From the NCBI GenBank assembly GCA_035281605.1, contig DATEDR010000413.1, positions 1,623 through 65,622 on the forward strand: a stretch of 64,000 nt of DNA. Reading direction: 5' to 3'. The position numbers were made by a program, and so were the translations under genes. This DNA is from Sphingobium sp. (lineage in GTDB: Bacteria > Pseudomonadota > Alphaproteobacteria > Sphingomonadales > Sphingomonadaceae). Shown piece by piece: positions 50,005-58,638 of this stretch (position 1 is the first letter of the stretch; every line of letters begins with the position of its first letter). The notes beneath the pieces are model-generated. The model did no database searches. It was not told the origin of the DNA and worked only from the letters and a program-made list of their open reading frames with translations.

Positions 50005-50913
50005 ATGATCCTGATGGAATATGATGTTGATGGAGATTCGCCGCGACACCTACCGTCGCCTGGCAAGTGTATCTACTGCAAAGAAGCCGGCGTTGAGCTG
50101 ACCGACGAGCATGTAGTGCCGTTTGCTATAGGCAAGGACGCGACCATCCTTGACAAATCCTGCTGCGTGGTCTGCCAGAGGATCATTCAGCCTTACGAGC
50201 AGTCGGTTCTGCGTCACCAGCTCGGTCATTTCCGCGCGTCGGTCGAAGCGCCGACGCGAAAGCCGAAGGATCGCTTCACCTCGCTGCCACTCGAATTCGT
50301 CGAGGCCAACGAAAAGGGCGAGCCCATCCGCGAACTAGGCAAGCGCGAGATTCCGATCGCCGCGGCGCCGCTGATCCTCAACCTCTGGCAATCGCCACCG
50401 CCGGGCGTCCTTGGTATCCCAATCGACCCTGCTTTCGCGGAGGGACGCCCCTTTCGTTATGTCGAGAGCAAGGTCGCCGACCCCATCCTAAAGGCTGTTG
50501 CGGCCGAGGCCGGCATCGCGCACGTCGGTTTCAAGCTGCGGCCCGTCAACCGCCTGCATTATCTGCGCACGCTCGCGAAGACGGCCCATGCATATGTCGC
50601 CGCCGAGCTGGGAGTCGACGCCTTCAACCCCTATCTCACCGACATTATCCTCAATCGATCGGATGACATCGCGCGGTATGTCGGCGATCTTTCCGGGGTC
50701 GCATCTCTTGAAGGTGCGACCGGGCACACCTTCAAGATTGCACTCGGGGAGGTTCCCGAGGATGCCGGGATCGGCAAAGGCAAGATTGCGGTATTCATGC
50801 AGTTCTGGGGAGAGCTTGGCTCACCGCCGCACCTAGTGATCGTTGGAGAGACCCTGATCGACATGCAGGCGTATTTCGCTGCAAGGGGCAATGGTGGCCT
50901 GATCGCAGCATAG
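50005..50913 (+). CDS. HNH-type nuclease domain protein
   Basis: CIYC..LTDEHVVP..CVVCQ zinc/HNH pattern plus unknown C-terminal region. Confidence 0.65.
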   Translation: MILMEYDVDGDSPRHLPSPGKCIYCKEAGVELTDEHVVPFAIGKDATILDKSCCVVCQRIIQPYEQSVLRHQLGHFRASVEAPTRKPKDRFTSLPLEFVEANEKGEPIRELGKREIPIAAAPLILNLWQSPPPGVLGIPIDPAFAEGRPFRYVESKVADPILKAVAAEAGIAHVGFKLRPVNRLHYLRTLAKTAHAYVAAELGVDAFNPYLTDIILNRSDDIARYVGDLSGVASLEGATGHTFKIALGEVPEDAGIGKGKIAVFMQFWGELGSPPHLVIVGETLIDMQAYFAARGNGGLIAA

Positions 50914-50929
50914 CCCGGACAACTGAAAG

Positions 50930-51355
50930 TTGACGATGTCGATGAAATTCGCGGAATTTGTAGATCGCTACGGCGCAACGGATCGTCGTCGCTATCTCAT
51001 CGGCCTGCTCAAGAACGAGCTTGATCACATCGTCGCGCAGGGGTGGCTTTACCGCGCTTTCGTGTTCGGCAGCCTCGTGAACAGTGACAAGGATGAGCCC
51101 GGCGACATTGATGTTCTGCTGTGCATCAGCAAACCCTTCGGTGCGGACTTCTGGCGCAAGCTCACGGCGAGCGAGGACATTCATATCAAGGGCTGTCAGC
51201 TGGCCCCCAATTTCGACTCCGAGGCCCGGACAGTCCCGCCGCTTCGGTCATGTCACGGCGTTGAAGAGATGGTTCGCCTGTTCAACGAGAGTACGAAAAA
51301 CACCGAAGAGGATATCGAGATCTCGGCGGACCAATGCGTCGAGATGACGCTCTAG
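50930..51355 (+). CDS. Minimal Pol-beta-type nucleotidyltransferase (DUF6932-like)
   Basis: FVFGSLV..KDEPGDIDVLL (GS..DxD), third Asp in EDIH. Confidence 0.7.
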   Translation: MTMSMKFAEFVDRYGATDRRRYLIGLLKNELDHIVAQGWLYRAFVFGSLVNSDKDEPGDIDVLLCISKPFGADFWRKLTASEDIHIKGCQLAPNFDSEARTVPPLRSCHGVEEMVRLFNESTKNTEEDIEISADQCVEMTL

Positions 51356-52989
51356 CTGGCGACCGCCGGCGCGATGGTCGCCGTTATGGCGCGCAGCGTG
51401 TCAACGAAAGTCTCCAGAAGCTGACGCCCCTGATCGACCGGATTGGCGTTGGCCTGATCTACGTTCGCCCGCCGCAGCCCGCTTTCCACGAGGCTCGAGC
51501 CAAGATGGGCATCGGCATTGCGCAGATCATTGATCCCGAACAGTGGCGCCATCATCGCGCGGGCATCCGCCTGACCAAGCGATTGCTCCAGCAGCTTTTC
51601 CATGGCCTTCAAGGTGCCGAGCTTATCCTTTGCGGTGAGCCCTGCCGGCCCGCGCAGCGCGTCCATATCGACCCGCTCCATGAGCAGACGATTCAGCTCC
51701 TTTGCGAGCGAAAGGAGACCGTCCAGCTCGATCGCGCGGAACCGGTGGGTCCGCCGAAGGAGCATGGGGATGGAATCGTGCTCCCGCAGCAATGACGCGC
51801 CGAACCGCTCTTGAAAGGTGTCGTCGAGGGCGTCCAGCGACTTCCTGATCTGCGCTTCGGGTGCCTGCGTGCCTGCCGGCTTGCAGTTCATCTGGGTATC
51901 CCAAAGCTCGCCGGGTACGCCGCCGTCCAAAGGCGTGCTGTGCGCGGCCCAGACGCGCTGTTCCCAGCCGTCGAGCTTGGCGATGTCCTTTGCGAAGATC
52001 GTAATGAGCCCCAGCGCGTTCACCCCGAAATGGATGCCCGTTTCGCCGCCTGCGATTCCGCCGGTGTCGCGGCTGTACCAGCCAAGCGATCCGCCCCGAT
52101 ATCGAAGCAGTGCGGGCACGAGCGATGGCTGAAAGGCGATATAGGTCATGGCGCCGATACACTGCGCTGCCGTCTTCCGCTCGCCATCAGGACCGACCGC
52201 GAAGCTCACCTCGTCGGCTTCAGGATCGCCCCGCACGCGGATGCTCTGTGCCCCCGGCTCGAACCACTCTGTCCGCCACAGCGCGCCGAGGCCTCTGAAC
52301 TTGTGGCCCCGATCGGATAGGAATTCGACGTCACGGATATATTTTTCGCGAGTATCCCGGCCAGCTTCGGACTGAACGTGCTCGTCCGCCCATTCATAGG
52401 GCGGCTTGGCAATGAAGTTGGCGGACCGCTCGTGATAGCTCGATGCGAAGAGCACCATATCGCGGGAGACCAGGTAGTCGGACAGCATCTCGGCGCGAAT
52501 TTCGAGAAGCACGGGGCGATCCTCCTCGTCCCGCTTGAGGCGTGCGACCTCGATCCATCCTTCATCGGGGCGGAGCCACACATCGCCTTCGCGTTCCAGC
52601 TTGAGCGCGATGACGAGATCGTGATGGAGATGCCAGATTTCCGGAGACCAGCCGCCTCGGGCCTGCGCCAGGACCAGATGGGTGCCGACGGCCTTATGAC
52701 CCTGATTCCAGTCCGACTGGACATCGGCAGGCCGATATACCCCACCATCGAAGGTCGGTCGGTGGGCCGAGGTATCAACCTCGCTCCAGCTAAAGCCGTC
52801 GACCGCCCCACGATCGGCGGAGGCAACTGCGAGAGTCGCGATGCCGGTATACTCCCGGATATCACCGATCCCCTCGAAGGGGCTCTCGTGCTCTATCTCG
52901 CCGTTCTGGCGAAGCGGTATCCAACTCCGCCCCTGTATGGCGCAGATGTCGCTCAGCGCGAAGAATTCCGGGGAGAGGAATTTGGTCAT
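51352..52989 (-). CDS. Hypothetical 545-aa protein with C-terminal HEPN-like motif
   Basis: Helical C-terminus with DLRNADAH (RX4H). Confidence 0.6.
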   Translation of the reverse strand: MTKFLSPEFFALSDICAIQGRSWIPLRQNGEIEHESPFEGIGDIREYTGIATLAVASADRGAVDGFSWSEVDTSAHRPTFDGGVYRPADVQSDWNQGHKAVGTHLVLAQARGGWSPEIWHLHHDLVIALKLEREGDVWLRPDEGWIEVARLKRDEEDRPVLLEIRAEMLSDYLVSRDMVLFASSYHERSANFIAKPPYEWADEHVQSEAGRDTREKYIRDVEFLSDRGHKFRGLGALWRTEWFEPGAQSIRVRGDPEADEVSFAVGPDGERKTAAQCIGAMTYIAFQPSLVPALLRYRGGSLGWYSRDTGGIAGGETGIHFGVNALGLITIFAKDIAKLDGWEQRVWAAHSTPLDGGVPGELWDTQMNCKPAGTQAPEAQIRKSLDALDDTFQERFGASLLREHDSIPMLLRRTHRFRAIELDGLLSLAKELNRLLMERVDMDALRGPAGLTAKDKLGTLKAMEKLLEQSLGQADARAMMAPLFGINDLRNADAHLGSSLVESGLRRANVDQANANPVDQGRQLLETFVDTLRAITATIAPAVAS

Positions 52990-53297
52990 CCCACTGCAAG
53001 CCCGCCTCGTCGTTCCTCGTCGAACTGTTCGAGGATGGCACGCAGATCCTCCACTCTCACCATTAGCGTGGTGAGCTTGCGGGTGCGAGGGGGCGCGTCC
53101 AAGCTGGCCTCGTCGTCGTAGGTATCGGTGAGGACGTCGACCCAGACAGCGTCGCCCTCTCCGAAGCGGGGATCGAACGGATCACCGAAGCGGAGCCATC
53201 GCCTGGAAACGTCACAGCTGGCGGCGCGCCGGCCGCGACGCGCGCGTTCACGCTGAGCATAGCTGATGTAGCCATCGATCGGGTTGTCGCGTGGCAT
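52986..53297 (-). CDS. Hypothetical protein, translationally coupled to the 545-aa gene
   Basis: ATGA overlap at 52986-52989; purine-rich RBS. Confidence 0.6.
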   Translation of the reverse strand: MPRDNPIDGYISYAQRERARRGRRAASCDVSRRWLRFGDPFDPRFGEGDAVWVDVLTDTYDDEASLDAPPRTRKLTTLMVRVEDLRAILEQFDEERRGGLAVG

Positions 53298-53537
53298 GAG
53301 ATCCCCTTTCCTCCAGTAGATAGGTAGTGGACTGGCTGGGCGCCATGCCTGGACTCAAATGCCGAGGCTTAGCCCCGGCCGAACTGCCAATCGACACCGC
53401 CTCCCGGCCCCATGCTCGTTTATCTGCTGCACTTGCGGCCCCTCGATCACCGGGCCAAAGAAGCGCCTCAAGTCGCCGCGTGAATGAAAGTCGGGTTTCA
53501 ACGGCCAAGTAAGGCGTAGTGGCGGATGCAGCCCCGT

Positions 53538-54047
53538 TCAATGATCCCAAGCGCCGAGTGAGGCAGCGATATCTCCAATTGAGCGGAACAAGGTCAGAGG
53601 ATCGTCCTTGGAGGGTAGAAATCCCCACCTTCGCCAAAACGTTGCCGCCTCGTCATCCACGGCATTGACCACCAACGCGCGCCCACCGATCAGTCGGGAG
53701 GCGGTCACGCATCGCTGCAACGCATGTTTGAGCAGACCTGTACCTATGCCTTTGCCAGCCCACTCCTGATCCGTGGCAAGCTGAGCCAGCAGCAGGCAAG
53801 GGACGGGATCGGGCGGTTGCCCGGTTCGGATAGATCTGGGAAGCTCAGCCGGAATGATCGACGTCGGCGCAAGTCCATAATAGCCGATGACTTGCCCACC
53901 TTCGTGGACCACCATGACCGCCGTGAAGCCCTTTTCCTGATTGGCGAGCGCTCGTGTCTGCAACCAGCGGTCGAGCGAGGGCTTACCGCAGGAGAAGCCG
54001 GATACATCATGCGCCGTCGTCAGCGGCTCCGGGCCGGAGATCCCCAA
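53538..54047 (-). CDS. GNAT acetyltransferase toxin (TacT/AtaT family)
   Basis: FSCGKPSLDRWL, VIGYY.L, PDPVP..LLAQLA.D....GKGIG..LL. Confidence 0.88.
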   Translation of the reverse strand: MGISGPEPLTTAHDVSGFSCGKPSLDRWLQTRALANQEKGFTAVMVVHEGGQVIGYYGLAPTSIIPAELPRSIRTGQPPDPVPCLLLAQLATDQEWAGKGIGTGLLKHALQRCVTASRLIGGRALVVNAVDDEAATFWRRWGFLPSKDDPLTLFRSIGDIAASLGAWDH

Positions 54048-54050
54048 GGA

Positions 54051-54353
54051 TTATTCTCCGGTGACTGGACGGTCAGCTTCCCATGGCGCGACGCGGCGGA
54101 ACAGTTCCACCATCTCGGGAACGGGAACCGCTGGGCCGGACACAGCGGCGAGGAAAGCGTCGAACCCTTCCGCGGTCATGCGGATCGGTGTGGTTTCCAT
54201 CAGCACCTCCTCGGCCGCACGCACGGCGGCATCGCGCACGAAATCGGTGCGCGAACGCCCCCGCAGCCTAGCGGCACGGTCGATGATGGCGATGTCGGTA
54301 TCCGGTAGCCTCATGGATAGCGGATGTTCTTTGCGTTGTGCGGGCTGCGGCAT
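54051..54353 (-). CDS. DUF1778 RHH antitoxin
   Basis: LSMRL....IIDRAA...GRSRTDFVRDAAVRAAEEVL. Confidence 0.9.
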   Translation of the reverse strand: MPQPAQRKEHPLSMRLPDTDIAIIDRAARLRGRSRTDFVRDAAVRAAEEVLMETTPIRMTAEGFDAFLAAVSGPAVPVPEMVELFRRVAPWEADRPVTGE

Positions 54354-54383
54354 GTTTCAACTCCGCCAACCCATATGGCAGAT

Positions 54384-54404
54384 TGTATTGCATTTTGCAA
54401 TACA
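54384..54404. promoter_or_regulatory. Operator palindrome of the TA operon
   Basis: TGTATTGCA-ttt-TGCAATACA, 31-51 bp upstream of the antitoxin start. Confidence 0.75.
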
Positions 54405-54565
54405 GGATAGCGCGGGCGGCAACCAATGTCCGCTCGGCGGCATCCGAGACCGTGCCTTCAGCGGGTTTGGCAGGGTGTAACCGACGTAACGCCCTTCCGC
54501 TGATCTGATCCAGCTTTGGCCCTCTTCGTGCCGCCTGTCGCGGCCCGCGAGTCGGAGCCAATGCC

Positions 54566-56620
54566 ATGACCCCTACCAAGCTGCTTGTCGGGCAGATATT
54601 CGTCGTTTTTGCCATCGTGATATTGGGCGTGTGGGCCGCTACTCAGTGGGCCGCATCCATGCTCGGCTATCAGGCGCAGCTTGGGACGCCTTGGGCGGTT
54701 GCCTTCGGTATTCCGATTTATCGGCCCTGGCAGCTTTTCGCCTGGTGGTATCACTACGAAGCTTATGCACCCCAGGTCTTCGACAAGGCCGGTGCGCTGG
54801 CGGGGGCCAGCGGCTTTCTCGGTTGCGCGTCGGCGATCGCCGGTTCGCTCTGGCGGGCGCGACAGAACCGTCACGTCACTACTTATGGTTCCTCCCGCTG
54901 GGCTTCGCGTACCGAAATCGCAAAAGCCGGGCTGTTTGGCCCCGCCGGTGTATTCCTTGGCCGCTATCGCGGGGACTATCTGCGCCATGACGGCCCGGAG
55001 CATGTCATGGCCTTCGCGCCAACGCGGTCGGGCAAGGGCGTTGGTCTTGTTGTGCCATCGCTGCTGTCCTGGACCGGCAGCGTCGTCGTGCATGATATCA
55101 AGGGCGAGAACTGGCAGCTCACTGCAGGTTGGCGCTCGCGATTCTCGCATTGCCTGTTGTTCAATCCGACCGATCCGCGTTCCACCCGCTACAACCCGCT
55201 GTTGGAGGTGCGCAAAGGCCCCGACGAGGTGCGCGATGTCCAGAATATCGCGGATATCCTCGTCGATCCCGAAGGCGCGCTCGAACGTCGCTCGCATTGG
55301 GAAAAGACCTCGCACAGCCTCTTGGTAGGGGCGATACTTCATGTCCTCTATGCCGAGGAAGAAAAGACCCTCGCGCGGGTAGCGACCTTCCTGTCCGATC
55401 CGCAGCGATCCTTCGCTCACACGCTGCGGCGGATGATGGCAACCAATCATCTGGGTACCAAGGAGCATCCGAAGGTCCACCCGGTCGTTGCGTCAGCGGC
55501 GCGCGAAGTGCTGAACAAATCGGAGAATGAACGCTCCGGCGTCCTATCCACCGCCATGTCATTCCTTGGACTTTATCGCGATCCAATTGTGGCGCGGAAC
55601 ACGGCCGCATGCGACTGGCGTATCGCCGATCTTGTCGATGCCAAATCGCCGGTATCGCTCTATCTGGTCATTCCGCCGTCCGACATTTCGCGGACCAAGC
55701 CGCTGGTCCGCCTTGTCCTCAACCAGATCGGCCGCCGCCTGACCGAACGACTGGAGGGCGACCCGAAGAAAAGTCGCAAGCATCAATTGCTGATGATGCT
55801 CGACGAGTTTCCGGCACTCGGGCGACTCGACTTCTTCGAGACGGCGCTGGCCTTCATGGCGGGCTACGGCATCCGGGCCTACCTGATCGCGCAGAGCCTC
55901 AACCAGATCAGCAAGGCCTATGGCGAGAACAACGCCATTCTCGACAACTGTCATGTCCGCATAGCGTTCAGCTGCAACGACGAGCGCACGGCGAAGCGTA
56001 TCAGCGACGCGCTCGGCACAGCGACCGAATTGCGTGCTCAGCGCAACTATGCCGGACACCGGCTCGCCCCCTGGCTCAGCCACGTCATGGTGTCACGGCA
56101 GGAAACGGCGCGCCCACTGTTGACGCCGGGAGAGGTAATGCAGCTCCCGCCCGCCGACGAATTGGTACTGGTGTCTGGCCTTGCGCCGATCCGGGCGAAG
56201 AAGCTGCGTTATTATCAAGACCGCAATTTCACCTCGCGCGTACTGCCCGCGCCCGATCTCGGTCGTAATGACGACGGCGACGCGGCTTATGCTGACCGGC
56301 CCGATCCGCGCCCCGACGACTGGGGTGGCGAAATTCGCGGTCTGCATGATGGGCTGATCCCCGCCGCTGATGAAGAAGGCGCGACCCTCGATGATGAAGC
56401 CGAGGGCGGCTTGCAGCAGCAGCGCCACCCCGGCTTGCCGGAGGAACAGAGCGTTCAGCCCGCAGAGCCGGATCGTGAGGTGCTTACGGGCATCGAGGAC
56501 GAGAGTGACGCGGGCTCCGATCGGCAGACCATGGATCGCCTGCGCGGTCTGCGCAGCGTGCAGCGTGCTCATGCCATGAATGAAGCCGATCGCGGCGACG
56601 ACCTCCTGCCGAGCTTCTGA
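54566..56620 (+). CDS. traG: Type IV coupling protein TraG/VirD4
   Basis: APTRSGKGVG Walker A, HDIKGEN, LLMMLDEFPALG Walker B. Confidence 0.95.
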   Translation: MTPTKLLVGQIFVVFAIVILGVWAATQWAASMLGYQAQLGTPWAVAFGIPIYRPWQLFAWWYHYEAYAPQVFDKAGALAGASGFLGCASAIAGSLWRARQNRHVTTYGSSRWASRTEIAKAGLFGPAGVFLGRYRGDYLRHDGPEHVMAFAPTRSGKGVGLVVPSLLSWTGSVVVHDIKGENWQLTAGWRSRFSHCLLFNPTDPRSTRYNPLLEVRKGPDEVRDVQNIADILVDPEGALERRSHWEKTSHSLLVGAILHVLYAEEEKTLARVATFLSDPQRSFAHTLRRMMATNHLGTKEHPKVHPVVASAAREVLNKSENERSGVLSTAMSFLGLYRDPIVARNTAACDWRIADLVDAKSPVSLYLVIPPSDISRTKPLVRLVLNQIGRRLTERLEGDPKKSRKHQLLMMLDEFPALGRLDFFETALAFMAGYGIRAYLIAQSLNQISKAYGENNAILDNCHVRIAFSCNDERTAKRISDALGTATELRAQRNYAGHRLAPWLSHVMVSRQETARPLLTPGEVMQLPPADELVLVSGLAPIRAKKLRYYQDRNFTSRVLPAPDLGRNDDGDAAYADRPDPRPDDWGGEIRGLHDGLIPAADEEGATLDDEAEGGLQQQRHPGLPEEQSVQPAEPDREVLTGIEDESDAGSDRQTMDRLRGLRSVQRAHAMNEADRGDDLLPSF

Positions 56621-56634
56621 CGGAGGTCGGCACG

Positions 56635-57039
56635 ATGAAGCCCCGCCATCACCTCTACCTCGACGATGATCTGACCGCCCAACTGGAGCGACTGGGATCG
56701 AAGCCCGGCACGTCCAAGTCCGCGATCGTCGCCGACGCGCTGCGCGATTATCTCAATCGACGCGCGACGCGCGAAGTGGACGACCTGCTCAAGACCCGGC
56801 TCGACCGGATCAGCACCCAGCTTGGCCGGATCGAGCGCGACAGCCTGGTGCTGCTCGAAACCCTGTCGCTGTTCGTGCGCTACCAGCTCACCGTAACCGC
56901 GCCGCTGCCCGATGCCGACAAGGCCGCGCAGGCGGTCGGACGCGAACGCTTCCGCCGCTTCGTCGATCAGGTAGGGCGGCAACTCGCCGCCGGTAGGTCC
57001 ATCGCTTCCACGCCTTCCGATAACGGAGGCGGACAATGA
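56635..57039 (+). CDS. CopG/RHH regulator
   Basis: RHHLYLD..SKSAIVADAL; conserved position between traG and trbB. Confidence 0.8.
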   Translation: MKPRHHLYLDDDLTAQLERLGSKPGTSKSAIVADALRDYLNRRATREVDDLLKTRLDRISTQLGRIERDSLVLLETLSLFVRYQLTVTAPLPDADKAAQAVGRERFRRFVDQVGRQLAAGRSIASTPSDNGGGQ

Positions 57040-58013
57040 GCGGTGGTGTCAATCTGACCGCCCAAGGCCGTCGCCGGGCGATGCTGCGCACTGCGATGGG
57101 ACCGGCGATTGCCGCTGCGCTTTCCGACCCGCGCGTCCTCGAGATCATGGTCAATCCGGACGGTTCGCTCCGGCTCGATCTGCTGGGCGAAGGCCGTGTG
57201 GATACGGAAGTGCGGGTGGAACCGGCGGAGGCTGAACGCATCATCCGGCTGGTAGCCTCAAACATCCGCGCCGAGGTCCATGCCGGCGCGCCGATCATCA
57301 GCGCCGAACTGCCGGAAGGCGGGGAGCGGTTCGAAGGGCTATTGCCGCCGGTGTCGGCCGCACCTTGCTTTTCCATCCGCAAGCCGGCCGCGCGCATCCA
57401 CACACTGATGGACTATGTGACGGGCGGCATTATGCGCGCCGAAGTCGCGCTGGCGCTGTCTATGGCGGTAGTCGAGCGCAAGAACATCCTAGTCGCGGGC
57501 GGTACGTCTTCAGGCAAGACCACGCTGGCGAACGCCTTGCTGGCCGAGATGGCGACGCTCGACGAGCGCGTCATCATCATTGAGGACACGCGCGAGCTGC
57601 AATGCGCCGCGCCTGACACGGTGGCGCTGCGCACCCGGCCAGGCGTTGTGACGATGGCTGACCTGGTGCGTTCGACGCTGCGTCTGCGCCCCGATCGCAT
57701 CATCGTCGGCGAGGTCCGGGGCGGCGAGGCGCTGGACATGCTCAAGGCCTGGAACACCGGTCATCCGGGCGGGATCGCCACGGTTCATGCCAACAGCGCG
57801 CGCTCCGCGCTTTACCGTATCGAGCAGCTTGTTGCCGAGTGCGTCATCACTGTGCCGCGACGGCTGATCGCCGAAGCCATCGACATGATCGTGTTCATCT
57901 CCGGCCGGGGCACCGGCCGCAGGGTCGAGACCGTTGCCGAGGTGGGCGGACTCGATGCCGACGGCGATTTCGCCGTCACCGACCTCATCATCCCCCACAG
58001 CACAGGAGATTGA
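57036..58013 (+). CDS. trbB: Conjugal transfer ATPase
   Basis: GGTSSGKTT, IEDTREL, LRLRPDRIIVGEVRG, WNTGHPGG. Confidence 0.95.
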   Translation: MSGGVNLTAQGRRRAMLRTAMGPAIAAALSDPRVLEIMVNPDGSLRLDLLGEGRVDTEVRVEPAEAERIIRLVASNIRAEVHAGAPIISAELPEGGERFEGLLPPVSAAPCFSIRKPAARIHTLMDYVTGGIMRAEVALALSMAVVERKNILVAGGTSSGKTTLANALLAEMATLDERVIIIEDTRELQCAAPDTVALRTRPGVVTMADLVRSTLRLRPDRIIVGEVRGGEALDMLKAWNTGHPGGIATVHANSARSALYRIEQLVAECVITVPRRLIAEAIDMIVFISGRGTGRRVETVAEVGGLDADGDFAVTDLIIPHSTGD

Positions 58014-58018
58014 ATCCC

Positions 58019-58351
58019 ATGTACGCCCCCAATGCGTCCTTCGTCCGCCACTTGCCCAACAAGTTGCTGCTCGCCACCGCGACGCTGCTCTTGCCCATCT
58101 CCGCGATGGCCGCCGGGTCCGGCATGCCGTGGGAAGAACCGCTGCAACAGGTTCTGGAATCGGTGCAAGGCCCAGTCGCCAAGATCGTCGCCGTCATCAT
58201 CATTATCTCGACCGGCTTGGCGCTCGCCTTCGGCGAAACCTCTGGCGGTTTCCGCAAGCTGATCCAGATCGTCTTCGGCCTGTCGATCGCCTTTGCCGCG
58301 TCCAGCTTCTTCCTGTCCTTCTTCAGCTTTGGCGGCGGAGCGCTGGTCTGA
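58019..58351 (+). CDS. trbC: Pilin TrbC/VirB2
   Basis: GSGMPWEEPL..SVQGPVAK..FGLSIAFAASSFF. Confidence 0.9.
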   Translation: MYAPNASFVRHLPNKLLLATATLLLPISAMAAGSGMPWEEPLQQVLESVQGPVAKIVAVIIIISTGLALAFGETSGGFRKLIQIVFGLSIAFAASSFFLSFFSFGGGALV

Positions 58352-58638
58352 TGGCCGGGGCCAAGTCCATCGCGGCCGGTGAGCACATCGAAGGTTTCGA
58401 GGTGCCGCTGCACCGCGCGCTCACCGAACCGATCCTGCTTGGGGGTGCGCCGCGCGGGATCGCGATCCTCAACGGCACACTAGCCGCCGCGATGGGGCTG
58501 GGTCTCCAGCAATGGATCGCGGGGCTTTTGCTCTGGCTCGCCGGGCACAGCCTCGCGGTGTTCGCGGCGAAACGCGATCCGGATTTCGCACCCGTTATCG
58601 CCCGTCACCTCCGACAGAAGGTCTACCTCTCATGCTGA
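58351..58638 (+). CDS. trbD: TrbD/VirB3
   Basis: PLHRALTEPILLGGAPR..AKRDPDF. Confidence 0.9.
   Translation: MAGAKSIAAGEHIEGFEVPLHRALTEPILLGGAPRGIAILNGTLAAAMGLGLQQWIAGLLLWLAGHSLAVFAAKRDPDFAPVIARHLRQKVYLSC

Noticed and set aside
54403-54409. TATCCTG on the minus strand, identical to the IncP nic core
   Set aside because: It overlaps the TA operator palindrome, is far from the relaxase and is a 7-mer expected by chance
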